Positions 45,905 to 55,723 of a DNA stretch of 64,000 bases are shown here, one piece after another. Made by a program: the position numbers and the translations under genes. This stretch comes from an uncultured Gemmatimonadales bacterium (lineage in GTDB: Bacteria; Gemmatimonadota; Gemmatimonadetes; Gemmatimonadales; GWC2-71-9), in the NCBI GenBank assembly GCA_963798915.1, contig CAWCVB010000002.1, positions 288,001 to 352,000 on the forward strand, written 5' to 3'. Under the pieces are notes generated by a model. The model was not told the DNA's origin and did no database searches. It saw only the letters and a program-made list of their open reading frames with translations. Position 1 is the stretch's first letter. Each line of letters starts with the position of its first letter.

Positions 45905-47107
45905 ATGCGCACCCTCGTATTCGCAGCCCTGATTGCCGGCGTGAGCGCCTGCGGTCGCGGCACCGATCTGACCCGCCCACTGGACGCCAGTGCCAAGCTC
46001 AGCACACTGCAGTATCAGGTCGTGAAGTACCCGGCATCACTTGGCGGCACCCAGAGCCGGGGCATGGCCATCAGCAATCAGGGACTGGTGGCCGGCTGGT
46101 CCAATCTCTTTGGCGGCGGCGCCCGTCACGCGGTCATATGGCGTGACGGCGTGCTCACTGATCTCGGCACGCTCGGCACCGGCAGCGGCCTGAGCAGCAC
46201 CGTACCCTGGCCCGGGCTCAACAACAATGGGATGGTGGTCGGCATCTCGCAGACGGATGACATCGATCCGCTGGACGAGAGCTGGAGCTGCGAGGAAGGC
46301 GGCTTCTTTCCCAACGGCGGCACCAACCTGGTGTGCCGAGGATTCGTGTGGCAGGATGGCGTGATGCAGGCCTTGCCCACCTTCGGCGGCACCCACGGGT
46401 TTGCCACCGCGGTCAACAACCAGGGTAAGGTGGTGGGCTGGGCGGAGAACACGGTACACGATCCGACCTGCCTGGCGCCGCAGGTGCTGCAGTTCCGGGC
46501 GGCGATGTGGACGCCCAGGTCAGGCGCCATCACCGAGCTGCCGCCCTATCCGGGCGACTCGACCTCGGCCGCCACCGCCATCAACCAGCAGGGTCAGGCG
46601 GTGGGCATCTCCGGTGATTGCGACATCGCCGTGGGCCGGTTCAGTGCAAAGCACGCGGTATTGTGGGATCACGGCCAGGTGCAGGAGGTTCCCAACCTGG
46701 GCGGCACCACCTGGCACACGCCGATGGACATCAACGACTCGGGCGTAGTGGTCGGGTTTTCCAATCCGGTGGGCGCAGGCGATCCCGAGGGCGAGTTCAT
46801 TGCCCATGCCTTCCGCTGGACCGGCGGCGACACGGCAGAGGATCTCGGCACGCTCGAAGGCGACGGCTACAGCGAGGCATTCGCGGTCAACGCCCGCGGC
46901 CAGGTCGTGGGTGTGTCGTTCGGCGGCGCCGCCGGCGCCCGTGCATTTCTGTTCGAGGACGGCGTCATGCACAACCTGAATGACCTGGTGGACTCGGATG
47001 ACGTCCTGCTCTCGGCGCAGGATATCAATGACGCCGGCCAGATCACCGGACGCCTGCTCGATCATGTGAGCGGTGAAACGGTGATGTTTGTGGCGACGCC
47101 GAAATAG
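45905..47107 (+). CDS. HAF-family extracellular repeat lipoprotein
   Basis: GGAGGA RBS; VSAC lipobox; DLGTLG, AVNNQGKVVG, HAFRW repeats. Confidence 0.85.
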   Translation: MRTLVFAALIAGVSACGRGTDLTRPLDASAKLSTLQYQVVKYPASLGGTQSRGMAISNQGLVAGWSNLFGGGARHAVIWRDGVLTDLGTLGTGSGLSSTVPWPGLNNNGMVVGISQTDDIDPLDESWSCEEGGFFPNGGTNLVCRGFVWQDGVMQALPTFGGTHGFATAVNNQGKVVGWAENTVHDPTCLAPQVLQFRAAMWTPRSGAITELPPYPGDSTSAATAINQQGQAVGISGDCDIAVGRFSAKHAVLWDHGQVQEVPNLGGTTWHTPMDINDSGVVVGFSNPVGAGDPEGEFIAHAFRWTGGDTAEDLGTLEGDGYSEAFAVNARGQVVGVSFGGAAGARAFLFEDGVMHNLNDLVDSDDVLLSAQDINDAGQITGRLLDHVSGETVMFVATPK

Positions 47108-47317
47108 GATGGGCGGGATGGGCGGGATGGGCAAGATGGGCAGGTTGGCGTAGGCCGTCATTCCCGCGAACGCGGGAATCCATAGGGGCTCACGCGTGGT
47201 GGATCAGCATGCCCGTGGTCCTCATGGACCCCCGCTTTCGCGGGGGTGACGATTGTGCGAGCTTCGGCCCGCCCATCCCGCCCATCCCGCCCATCCCGCC
47301 CATCCCGCCCATCCCGC
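47107..47317. repeat. Nested palindrome: (GGATGGGCG)n + inverted CGTC-REP pair (47156-47251) + (CGCCCATCC)n
   Basis: Outer nonamer arrays are reverse complements of each other; lies between convergent genes. Confidence 0.85.
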
Positions 47318-47319
47318 TG

Positions 47320-48813
47320 TCACACCCTGACTTGAATCCCCTTCCACTTCCCCTGGTTGAATCGCAGCACGCTCAGCAGGCAGCGGGTCATGTGGCCGGC
47401 CAGGATCGCGAGCCAGATGTGGAGCGGCCGGAGCGTGCCGGTCTGCTGGATCACGAAGCAGATGCTGAGCGGGACCACGACCTGCGAAATGATCGAGATC
47501 CAGAGCGGGCTCTTGGTGTCGCCGGTGCCCTGCAGGCCGCCGGTGTAGGTAAGCGCCACCGAGATGAAGAAGCCTGAGAGACTCAGCACCCGGAGCAGTT
47601 GCACGCCGATCTCGACCACGGCGGGTTCATCCATGCCGAAGACCGCCAGCAGCTGCCGAGGAAAGAAGAAGAAGAAGAAGCCGACGAAGGCCGCCAGCGT
47701 CATGCCCAGCCGAGCGGCAACATGCACGCCTTCGCTGGCCCGCTCCGGCTGGCGCGCGCCAAGGTTCTGGCCGGCGACGGCAGCGGCGGCGCCCATGAGC
47801 CCGACCGACGTCCAGGTGATGAAGGAGAACAACTGCGAATAGGACACGGAGAACGCCGCCTGCGCCGCGGCGCTCTGGGCCAGCGAGCCGATAAATGACA
47901 GCATGAGCACGCCACCCACGTTCATGGCAATGCCCTGAACGCCGGTCGGCAGGCCGAAGCGGAACAGTTCGCGGATGATGGCCCAGTCAGGCCGGTATCC
48001 ATGTCCCCGCGGGAAGGCGACGACCCAGTCGCCCCGCCAGAGCTTTACCATGGCGTAGATGGAGATGAGGCCGGTAGCGGCGACCGTGCCCATGGCGGCA
48101 CCCGCCGTGCGAAAGGCCGGGATCGGTCCCAGTCCCCGGATCAGGACCACGTTGAAGAGGATGTTGAGCGCCGTCATCACGATGCCGAGCACCATCGGAG
48201 TCCGGGCGTCGCCGGCCGAGCGCAGTGCACCGCCCAGCATGAAGAAGACCAGCATCCCGAAGCTGAACACGAACATGATGCGGAGGTACGGCAGCGCTTC
48301 GACCTGCACGTTGGGTGCGGCATTGACGAAGTTGAGCAGCGAGGGCGCGAGGAAGTAGCCGACCGGCGCCATGATGAGCAGCGCCATGGCCGCGGCGGTC
48401 AGGAACGCCTGGTAGACGGTGCGGTTCACCTTGTCCTCATTGCCCTCGCCGGCAAAGCGCGCCACCAGCACGCTCATGCCGGTGAAGATCGAGGCAATGA
48501 AGATGATGACGACGATCATGAGCTGGGATGAGACGCCGATGGCGGCGTTGCCCTCGAAGCCCACGATGTGCCCCACCATGATCTGGTCCACCAGGCCCTG
48601 AAGTCCGCCCACGATGTTGACCAGCATGGTGGGCCAGGCAAGCCGCCAGACGGCCGATGACAGGGGACCGTCAATAATGGACCGGTCAAAGCGTCGCCCG
48701 GTCCGGACCGGCATTGGCTGCGGCGCGCCGACGGCCTGGGCGGGCGCGGCGCTTTCGGCCGCGGGATCCGCAGCGGCTTCGTCCGCAGCTTCGGAGGCGG
48801 GTTCCTGGCTCAT
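47320..48813 (-). CDS. MATE family efflux transporter
   Basis: LAWPTM, LRSAGDARTPM, GAAMGT, GQNLGA, LQGTGDTKSP; about 12 TM segments. Confidence 0.92.
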   Translation of the reverse strand: MSQEPASEAADEAAADPAAESAAPAQAVGAPQPMPVRTGRRFDRSIIDGPLSSAVWRLAWPTMLVNIVGGLQGLVDQIMVGHIVGFEGNAAIGVSSQLMIVVIIFIASIFTGMSVLVARFAGEGNEDKVNRTVYQAFLTAAAMALLIMAPVGYFLAPSLLNFVNAAPNVQVEALPYLRIMFVFSFGMLVFFMLGGALRSAGDARTPMVLGIVMTALNILFNVVLIRGLGPIPAFRTAGAAMGTVAATGLISIYAMVKLWRGDWVVAFPRGHGYRPDWAIIRELFRFGLPTGVQGIAMNVGGVLMLSFIGSLAQSAAAQAAFSVSYSQLFSFITWTSVGLMGAAAAVAGQNLGARQPERASEGVHVAARLGMTLAAFVGFFFFFFPRQLLAVFGMDEPAVVEIGVQLLRVLSLSGFFISVALTYTGGLQGTGDTKSPLWISIISQVVVPLSICFVIQQTGTLRPLHIWLAILAGHMTRCLLSVLRFNQGKWKGIQVRV

Positions 48814-50378
48814 GCGGCAACTGCCGGGCTCATGTCGCGTTCCACCAGGTAGTCCCCGGGTTCAGTTGCGTCGTGCCCCCGCGGGGTGCCGGCGAACTGC
48901 ATGAGTGCGGTGCCGGCGCTCGCCACGGCAAGATTGACGATCACGGCGTAGAGTGCTGCGTAGCCCGGCACGATGATGCCACCCAGATGAAGAGGGAAGA
49001 CTGAACTCTGAAAATGCTGCGCGGCCGCCATGGCGGTGCCGACCGCCATCCCCGCGATCCAGCCCGCCACCAGCGCCCGACCGTGGAACCAGCGGGTGAA
49101 CAGTCCCACCACAATGGCTGGCAGCGTCTGGATGATCCAGATGCCGCCCAGCAGCTGCAGCTGGATGGCGTATTCGGTGGGCAGGAAGAGGATGAACGCA
49201 AGCGCACCCACTTTTACCACCAGTGAGACCAGCTTGGCTGTCTGCGCCTCGCCCGGCCCGCTCAGCGAACGGCGAAACCAGCCGCGCCAGATGTTGCGGG
49301 TGAAGAGGTTGGCGGCGGCGATGGACATGATGGCCGCCGGCACCAGCGCGCCGATTGCGATGGCCGCGAACGCCACACCCACGAACCAGCTGGGAAACTG
49401 ATCGAGAAAGAGCGCTGGTACGGCAAAGTTGGCTCCGTACCGATCGAACCACCCGGCATAGGCGGGGTTGGCCTGCACCTGCGCCGCGACCGCCATGTAT
49501 CCCAGCAGCGCAATCAGCGCCAGCACCACGGAATAGGCGGGCAGCAGCGCCATGTTGTGCCGCACGACGCTCCGGCTCCTGGCGCTGAGCAGTCCCGTGA
49601 CAGCGTGCGGATACAGGAAGAGCGCCACCGCCGAGCCGAGGGCAAGGGTGATGTAGGCGCTGGCATTGCCGGGGCCGCTCGCGGACGGCATCGTGAGCAG
49701 CAGTTTCTCGCGCGGCACTGCGCCGAAGATGGCGCCAAAGCCACCCAGGCGCGCGGGGATGATCACCACGGCGGCAATCACCGTGACATAGATGAGCAGG
49801 TCCTTGACCAGGGCGATCAGTGCCGGCGCACGAAGCCCGGAGCTGTAGGTGTAGGCCGCCAGCACGCCGAAGGCGATGATCAGCGGCAGGTCGCGCATCA
49901 GGCCGGTGCCGTGGAAGCCCAGCCCCGCGATCACCACTTCGATGCCCACCAGTTGCAGCGCGATGTACGGCATGGTGGCAATGATGCCGGTGATGGCCAC
50001 CGCCAGTGCCAGCGTCGGGCTGCCGAATCGGGCGGCCACGAAGTCGGCCACCGTGATGTAGCCGCGCCGGTGCGACACCGACCAGAGCCGGGGAAAGACC
50101 AGAAAGACGAAGGGATAGACCAGCAGGGTGTAGGGCACTGCAAAGAAGCCGATGGCGCCGGCGCCGTAGACCAGCGCCGGCACCGCCACCAGCGTGTAAG
50201 CCGTATAAAGATCGCCGCCCAGCAGGAACCAGGTCACCACCGTGCCAAAGCGACGGCCGGCCAGGCCCCATTCGTCGAGCCGGGCGAGGTCGCCCCGCCG
50301 CCACCGGGACGCGACGAAGCCGAGCACGGTGACGAGCCCGAAGAGCAGGAGGAAGACCGTCGTGGCGGGCCAGTTCAT
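48810..50378 (-). CDS. mctP: Sodium:solute symporter, MctP-like monocarboxylate permease
   Basis: EWGLAGRRFG..VTWFLLGGDLYTAYT, ATMPYIALQL, ALVPAAIMSIAAANLF. Confidence 0.85.
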   Translation of the reverse strand: MNWPATTVFLLLFGLVTVLGFVASRWRRGDLARLDEWGLAGRRFGTVVTWFLLGGDLYTAYTLVAVPALVYGAGAIGFFAVPYTLLVYPFVFLVFPRLWSVSHRRGYITVADFVAARFGSPTLALAVAITGIIATMPYIALQLVGIEVVIAGLGFHGTGLMRDLPLIIAFGVLAAYTYSSGLRAPALIALVKDLLIYVTVIAAVVIIPARLGGFGAIFGAVPREKLLLTMPSASGPGNASAYITLALGSAVALFLYPHAVTGLLSARSRSVVRHNMALLPAYSVVLALIALLGYMAVAAQVQANPAYAGWFDRYGANFAVPALFLDQFPSWFVGVAFAAIAIGALVPAAIMSIAAANLFTRNIWRGWFRRSLSGPGEAQTAKLVSLVVKVGALAFILFLPTEYAIQLQLLGGIWIIQTLPAIVVGLFTRWFHGRALVAGWIAGMAVGTAMAAAQHFQSSVFPLHLGGIIVPGYAALYAVIVNLAVASAGTALMQFAGTPRGHDATEPGDYLVERDMSPAVAA

Positions 50379-50383
50379 GGGGT

Positions 50384-50490
50384 CACGAAAGCACGAAAAT
50401 ACGAAAGCACGAAAGAGTCGTGGGTCGTGGGTCATGGGTCATGAGTGACGCATTCACGGCACAGGGCTCATGACTCACGACCCACGACTC
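50384..50490. repeat. CACGAAAG octamers plus inverted GTCGTGG/CCACGAC heptamer arrays
   Basis: Inserted between DUF3311 and mctP; the arms form a hairpin. Confidence 0.75.
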
Positions 50491-50491
50491 C

Positions 50492-50693
50492 CTAGACATC
50501 CAGCCGATACGCAATTGCCACGGCCACCGCGCTCGCACCGATCCAGGCAATCTGGAACCAGTAGAAAAAGGGAATGCCGGCGATGGCCGGGTCCAGCGCG
50601 GTTGTAGAGCGGCACCCAGAGCGACACCAGCACCACGGCGGCAAACAGGAGATAGACCAGGCGCCGCCGAGCCCGCATGCGGCCCGGCTTCAT
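50492..50693 (-). CDS. DUF3311 small membrane protein, 1-nt frameshift near 50597
   Basis: WVPLYNR + LDPAIAGIPFFYWFQ after removing one base; usual MctP partner. Confidence 0.8.
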
Positions 50694-51964
50694 TGCTCGG
50701 CGCCCGCGAGCCGCTCGCAGGTGGCGACCCGGTCGAGCAACAGGGCGCGGTCGCGCGCGTTGCCGGCGAGTTCCGCTGCCCGCCGAAGCTCGGCCGCTGC
50801 TTCGTCATACCGTTCCAGCTTCATCAGCAGGTCTCCACGAACGCTGGGGAGCAGATGATACCCCTTGAGTGCTTTTTCATCCACCAGGGCCTCCGTAAGG
50901 GCCAGGCCGGCCTCGGGTCCCGATGCCATGCCCACCGCCACGGCGCGGTTCAGTGCCACCACCGGGGATCCGGTGAGCCGGGCGAGCCGGCCGTAGAGCG
51001 AGGCAATTGCACGCCAGTCGGTATCGTCCGCGGTCCGGGCTCGTGCGTGGGACGCGGCGATGGCGGCCTGCAGCACATAGGGACCTGGCTCGTCGGTCAG
51101 CGACTCGGCGCGTGCCAGGCCCGACAGCCCTCGGCGGATCAGCAACTGGTCCCAGCGGCTCCGATTCTGGTCCAGCAGGAGGATCGGTTCCCCGTCCGGG
51201 CCGACCCGCGCCTTGAAGCGCGATGCCTGGATTTCCATTAAAGCCACTAATCCATGCACTTCCGGCTCATCGGGCGCGAGTTCGGCGAGAATGCGCCCCA
51301 GTCGCAGCGCTTCATCCGAGAGTTGCGGGCGGATCCAGTCATCGCCGGCGCTCGCCGCATACCCTTCATTGAAGATGAGATACAGCACCTCCAGCACCGA
51401 GGAGAGGCGAGGAGCGAGCTCGGCGCCGCGCGGCACCTCGAAGGGTACCTGTGCGTCGGCCAGAGTGCGCTTGGCCCGGACGATTCGCTGCGCCATCGTG
51501 GGCACCGGCACCAGGAATGCGCGGGCGATTTCTTCGGTGGTGAGGCCGCCGAGCAGACGCAGGGTGAGCGCCACCCGTGCCTCGGTGGCGAGCACCGGAT
51601 GACAGGCGGTGAAGACCAGCCGCAGCAGGTCGTCGCCGATATCGTCGTCGATTGCGGTATCGTAATCCGGCACGGTGCGCTGGATGGCATCTGCATCGTA
51701 GGCCAGCTCCTCGTGCTTCCGGTCCAGGAGCTTATTGCGACGGAAGCCGTCAATGGCGCGGTGCTTGGCGGTGGCCATGAGCCAGGCTCCGGGATTGTCC
51801 GGGATCCCCGATTCGGGCCAGCGTTCCAGCGCAGCCACGAGGGCATCCTGGGCCAGGTCTTCGGCCTGACCGATATCGCCGACCAGGCGGGTCAGGCTGG
51901 CAATCAGCTTGGCGGACTCGATGCGCCAGACTGCATCGATGGCGCGATGGGTGTCGGTGGCCAT
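50690..51964 (-). CDS. ECF42-type sigma factor with C-terminal TPR extension
   Basis: AEDLAQDA, DDLLRLVFTACHP, ALTLRLLGGLTT.EIARAFLV, YLIFNEGY; adjacent to YciI/DGPF gene. Confidence 0.92.
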   Translation of the reverse strand: MATDTHRAIDAVWRIESAKLIASLTRLVGDIGQAEDLAQDALVAALERWPESGIPDNPGAWLMATAKHRAIDGFRRNKLLDRKHEELAYDADAIQRTVPDYDTAIDDDIGDDLLRLVFTACHPVLATEARVALTLRLLGGLTTEEIARAFLVPVPTMAQRIVRAKRTLADAQVPFEVPRGAELAPRLSSVLEVLYLIFNEGYAASAGDDWIRPQLSDEALRLGRILAELAPDEPEVHGLVALMEIQASRFKARVGPDGEPILLLDQNRSRWDQLLIRRGLSGLARAESLTDEPGPYVLQAAIAASHARARTADDTDWRAIASLYGRLARLTGSPVVALNRAVAVGMASGPEAGLALTEALVDEKALKGYHLLPSVRGDLLMKLERYDEAAAELRRAAELAGNARDRALLLDRVATCERLAGAEQ

Positions 51965-52041
51965 GAGGGTCAACGGTCGTCAGACGCCGGCCGACAGTCA
52001 ACGGCTCGTCAGGACGGCCAGGGCCTAACGGCGCGACCCTC

Positions 52042-52066
52042 GTACGGGCGGCCCGCGGGCCGCCCT
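52042..52066. repeat. GC-rich hairpin, GTAC-tagged REP-like
   Basis: GTAC GGGCGGCCCG CGGGCCGCCC. Confidence 0.5.
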
Positions 52067-52078
52067 TGACCCGACCCC

Positions 52079-52507
52079 TCAGCCCTTCTGCGCCGCGGCC
52101 TCCGTCCGGAGACGCTCTTCCTGTTCCCGCAGCTCGGGGGTGAACTCCTCACCGAACTCTTCCATTTCGAACACCTGCCGGATCTCGATTTCGCTTGGCC
52201 CGCTCATCGGATTGGGGCAACGGCGAACCCACTCCACCGCCTCCTCCATGGACTTGACCTGCCAGAGCCAGAAGCCGGCCACCAGTTCCTTGGTCTCGGC
52301 AAAGGGCCCGTCGGTCACGGTCCGCTTGTCGCCGGAGAACTGCACCCGCTTGCCCCTGGAGCTGGGATGCAGCCCCTCGGCGGCCAGCATGATCCCGGCC
52401 TTGACCAGTTGCTCGTTGTAGTTGCCCATCGCGGTCAGCAGCTCCGTGCTCGGCATCGCGCCGGATTCGGATTCATCGGTCGCCTTGACCATCACCAAGA
52501 CCCGCAT
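52079..52507 (-). CDS. YciI/DGPF family protein
   Basis: VTDGPFAETKELVAGFW, EAVEW.RRCP, EIEIRQ. Confidence 0.92.
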   Translation of the reverse strand: MRVLVMVKATDESESGAMPSTELLTAMGNYNEQLVKAGIMLAAEGLHPSSRGKRVQFSGDKRTVTDGPFAETKELVAGFWLWQVKSMEEAVEWVRRCPNPMSGPSEIEIRQVFEMEEFGEEFTPELREQEERLRTEAAAQKG

Positions 52508-52565
52508 TGTGGACCCCCTGATTTGCCGTTTTCGACCCGGGTGCTTCCCGGGTTTCCAACAATAC

Positions 52566-52592
52566 GTCGAACGAGCCGGGAGGGAATCGACA
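52566..52592 (-). promoter_or_regulatory. ECF42-type promoter TGTCGA-N15-TTCGAC
   Basis: Matches the TGTCGA -35 described for ECF42 targets upstream of DGPF genes. Confidence 0.7.
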
Positions 52593-52663
52593 ACCGGGAC
52601 GGGCGGAGTGTGTGACGGGGATCAGATGGGGCGAAGTGCAACGGGTCTACACCACGCGGATGG

Positions 52664-53068
52664 TCATGCGTCACCGGCGATTCGTTCGATTCCGGGCACA
52701 CCATCGAAATGGCGGTCGAAGCTCATGACACGCGAGACGCCGTGCCGTTCCATGATGGCGACATGGAGTGCGTCTCGCGCGGACATGGCGCCGCGGCTCA
52801 GGACGATCGTCTTGGCGCGCTCGATGTCCGCCGCGTCCACCGGGAGGACAGCGTCTACGATGCGCGTGATGGCGTCAAACGCGGGCTGGATGGCGTCCCG
52901 GCGACTGATGGCTACGTAGCGATGGAGAATCTCCTGCAGCACTTCGGCACTGGTGACCAGTCGCTCCTCGCGTGCCACGGCTTCTTCGATCAGCATCCGG
53001 GCAATTGCCTGGTGCGACGCCGAGGCGCCCACGAGATACATGGGAATGTTGGAGTCCACGAAGATCAC
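52664..53068 (-). CDS. vapC: VapC PIN-domain toxin
   Basis: [37 protein letters not shown]. Confidence 0.9.
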   Translation of the reverse strand: MIFVDSNIPMYLVGASASHQAIARMLIEEAVAREERLVTSAEVLQEILHRYVAISRRDAIQPAFDAITRIVDAVLPVDAADIERAKTIVLSRGAMSARDALHVAIMERHGVSRVMSFDRHFDGVPGIERIAGDA

Positions 53069-53319
53069 GTGGACTCCTCGAGGTAGCCGCGTCCGATATC
53101 GCCGAGCATCTGTTCGATGTCGCCAGCAGGGTAGTGATGCCGGACCGCTTCCCGGACGGCCCGAAGCTTCTGCTCGGCCGGATAGGCGGGCTCGACCTGC
53201 CGGGCCCGGCGCAGGGCCTGCCGCACCCACTCGGCCACGGTGAGCCGCTGGGCGCGGGCCGAGCGCCTGATCTCGCGGAACTCGGCCTCGTCGAGGAGCA
53301 CCTGAAGTCGCTTACTCAT
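53065..53319 (-). CDS. RHH/CopG antitoxin
   Basis: [13 protein letters not shown]...[13 protein letters not shown] overlap with vapC. Confidence 0.85.
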   Translation of the reverse strand: MSKRLQVLLDEAEFREIRRSARAQRLTVAEWVRQALRRARQVEPAYPAEQKLRAVREAVRHHYPAGDIEQMLGDIGRGYLEEST

Positions 53320-53355
53320 ATCAGTGAGTCTATCATACTCATGATCATGAGTCAA
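53314..53355 (-). promoter_or_regulatory. TA promoter TTGACT-N17-TAGACT with palindromic operators ACTCATGATCATGAGT and ACTCATATCAGTGAGT
   Basis: Perfect 16-bp palindrome at 53337-53352 overlaps the -35; near-leaderless start. Confidence 0.75.
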
Positions 53356-53493
53356 GCAGGAGGTGCTTGCAAGGCGATCTCGTTCAGGCCGCATCCGGGG
53401 ACCTGCTGCGCCCTCGGCCCCGCCCCGTTGCTCCCCGTGCTCCGCGTCAGGTACGTTCCGGTACTGATTCAGTCCACCTCGGAGGAGACTCCC

Positions 53494-53925
53494 GTGCCAA
53501 TATCACGATGCAGCCGGCAACGGCCCGGCTTCTGGGCGCCACTCGCGCTCACCCTTGCAATACTTCCGGTTCTCCTGAGCGGCTGTCTGGTGGCCGCGGC
53601 GGGTGCCGGCGCAGGAGCGGCCATTCATCTGAGCGACCGGGGAGCCGAGTCGGTGGTCACCGCCTCGGTGGACCGAAGCTACACGGCCACCCGCGAAGTC
53701 TTCCAGGAGATGAGCATTACTGAAGGCAAGAGCACCACCGAACAGGACGGCGACGTCGAGACGCGGGAGCTCCAGGGCAGCACCACCGATCGCGACATCA
53801 CCGTGACGATCAAGTCCGAAAATGCCGGCGCGCATGTCGATGTCGTGGCGCGGAAATCAGCGGTGACCTGGGACAAGGACCTCGCCAGGCAGATCCTCGA
53901 GAAGATCATCGCCAAGGTGCAGTGA
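53494..53925 (+). CDS. DUF3568-like lipoprotein
   Basis: GGAGGAG RBS; LSGC lipobox followed by AAAGAGAG; ARQILEKI C-terminus. Confidence 0.65.
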   Translation: MPISRCSRQRPGFWAPLALTLAILPVLLSGCLVAAAGAGAGAAIHLSDRGAESVVTASVDRSYTATREVFQEMSITEGKSTTEQDGDVETRELQGSTTDRDITVTIKSENAGAHVDVVARKSAVTWDKDLARQILEKIIAKVQ

Positions 53926-53982
53926 GGGGACGAGTGGCGCGGGTCGCGATATTCGCCGGGATCCCGATGCCGGGCGGGATTG

Positions 53983-54095
53983 GTAGGGGCGGTTCGCGGG
54001 CCGCCCCTACGATGGCCGGGCACCATCCGTGCCTCATCCGGTGATCCCCGCGGGCCGCCCCTACGATGGCCGGGCACCATCCGTGCCTCATCCGG
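53983..54095. repeat. GTAG-REP hairpin and 47-bp direct duplication upstream of the RAYT
   Basis: GTAGGGGCGG..CCGCCCCTAC; 53995-54041 repeated at 54049-54095. Confidence 0.8.
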
Positions 54096-54173
54096 AATCC
54101 CCGCCACCCAATGATCATATCCGCAATTATCCGGTGATGGTCCGCGGCGCCCGCCGCCGCATCCTGTCGCATC

Positions 54174-54670
54174 ATGGACCGCGCAATTTCCTCGAAGCGC
54201 CGGAAGAGCCCTCGGCTCCAGCAATACGACTCGGCTCCAGCAATACGACTATGCGCGGCGCCGATGGTATTTCGTCACTGCCTGCACCCTCCACCGGCGG
54301 CCCCTGTTCGGGGTGCTGGGTCCGGCAGGCGTTGCGCTGTCAGACGTGGGTGAGATCGTGCAGGAGGAATGGCGTCGCAGCGCAGGGCTCCGCGATGATG
54401 TGTAGCTCGACGAGTTCATCGTCATGCCCGATCACTTTCACGCCTTGATCGGTCTGCATGCGACCCACTCGTCGAACGCACAATCCCCCCTGTCTCAGAT
54501 CGTCGGTCAGTTCAAGGGGGCAGTGACGCGCCGGGTGCGCCAACTGGGCCCGGCCCAGCCGCATGCCATCTGGCAGCGGAGCTTCTACGATTCGATCATT
54601 CGCAGCGATCGGCGTTTCCGGCGGGTGCGAGCGTATATCAAGACCAATCCGGCTGTCGCCTGGCAGGAGA
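54174..54670 (+). pseudogene. REP-associated tyrosine (Y1/HUH) transposase pseudogene
   Basis: RKSPRLQQYDY..WYFVTACT, VMPDHFH, IVGQFK, IWQRSFYDSIIR, YIKTNP; 19-bp duplication (54211-54248) and in-frame TAG at 54403. Confidence 0.85.
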
Positions 54671-54762
54671 CAGGTGGTAGCCTGGTGCCTCCGCGTCGGA
54701 GCCGGAACATGTCCCCGCTTCAGAAGCGGGTCTCCGAAGGGCAATCCGCTCTGCAACGGGAC

Positions 54763-55224
54763 TCAGCGTCGCGGTACCAGAAACGACAGGATCAGCGCCG
54801 CCAGGGCGATGAAATTGAGCCCCGCGCCCACCGCGTGCGAGTACTCCCACTGCCTTCGCAGCCCTTCCCAGTTGTCCGGGAGGAAGGTCCAGTTGCGGGT
54901 GGCCTGATTGGCAGGGAAGGTGAACAGGAAGAAGATCACCAGGCCCAGCGCCACGCAGGTCGTTGCGGCCAGCGTGAGGTGAAATTCGGTGGGCTGGTGG
55001 CGCACCCGGTACGCCACCATGGCATTGAGGAGCAGTGCGCCGATCACCGCAACGCCGAGGAATGCCCAGCCGGAATAGATCTGCTGCACCGTCAGGTAGT
55101 CGTTCCGCGGCAGCGAAATCTTGTTGGGCAAGGCGAACAGGTGCGCCAGGCCGGCACCCAGCGCAATGGTGGTGAACATCGCCGCCACCAGGCGCAGGAT
55201 CACCAGGCCCCGGTCACTCCCCAT
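54763..55224 (-). CDS. DUF1772 family membrane protein
   Basis: AHLFALPNKI, FTFPANQAT.NW, WEGLRRQWEYSHA. Confidence 0.8.
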   Translation of the reverse strand: MGSDRGLVILRLVAAMFTTIALGAGLAHLFALPNKISLPRNDYLTVQQIYSGWAFLGVAVIGALLLNAMVAYRVRHQPTEFHLTLAATTCVALGLVIFFLFTFPANQATRNWTFLPDNWEGLRRQWEYSHAVGAGLNFIALAALILSFLVPRR

Positions 55225-55705
55225 TGGGTCTTCCGGCGTTCGCCGCCGCGTGGCGCGCCTGCGACAGGTAGGCCGGTTCCAGCTCCATCAGACTGGCCAT
55301 TTTCCGCACCAGGTAGGCTTCCCGCTCGCTGAGCTTCCCGTCAGCCAGGATGACTCCCCACATCACCTCCGCGAGCACCATCTTCTGGCCCAGGTCATAG
55401 TTCGCAGTAATCAATCGGGTGAACTGGAAGTGGTCGATGGACTCCGCCCGCTCGGCCTCGGCCAACCGCATGAGTTCCACCCCTGCCGCTTCATCGAGCC
55501 CGAAGTGTCGCACCAGCGTCCGCTCGATGTGCTCTCGCTCCTCCGGGCTGAATTCGCCATCGGCATGCGCCAGCTCCAGCAGCAGCGCGCACGCCGCCAG
55601 CTGCACCGGATTCGCGGACTCGGCAGGCTTGGCGGGACCCGGCGGACGCGGGTTCGTGTTCGTGCCCAGGTGCTCACGAACGAAACGTCGAATGTCTTTG
55701 AGCAT
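55214..55705 (-). CDS. TerB family protein
   Basis: ALLLELAHADGEFS.EE, FQFTRLI, WGVILADG.LS.RE. Confidence 0.88.
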   Translation of the reverse strand: MLKDIRRFVREHLGTNTNPRPPGPAKPAESANPVQLAACALLLELAHADGEFSPEEREHIERTLVRHFGLDEAAGVELMRLAEAERAESIDHFQFTRLITANYDLGQKMVLAEVMWGVILADGKLSEREAYLVRKMASLMELEPAYLSQARHAAANAGRPNGE

Positions 55706-55723
55706 GGGGTCTCCAGGGTGTGA

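Noticed and set aside
54403..54405. Amber recoding in the RAYT
   Set aside because: TAG is a normal stop in many genes here and the gene has an independent frameshift.
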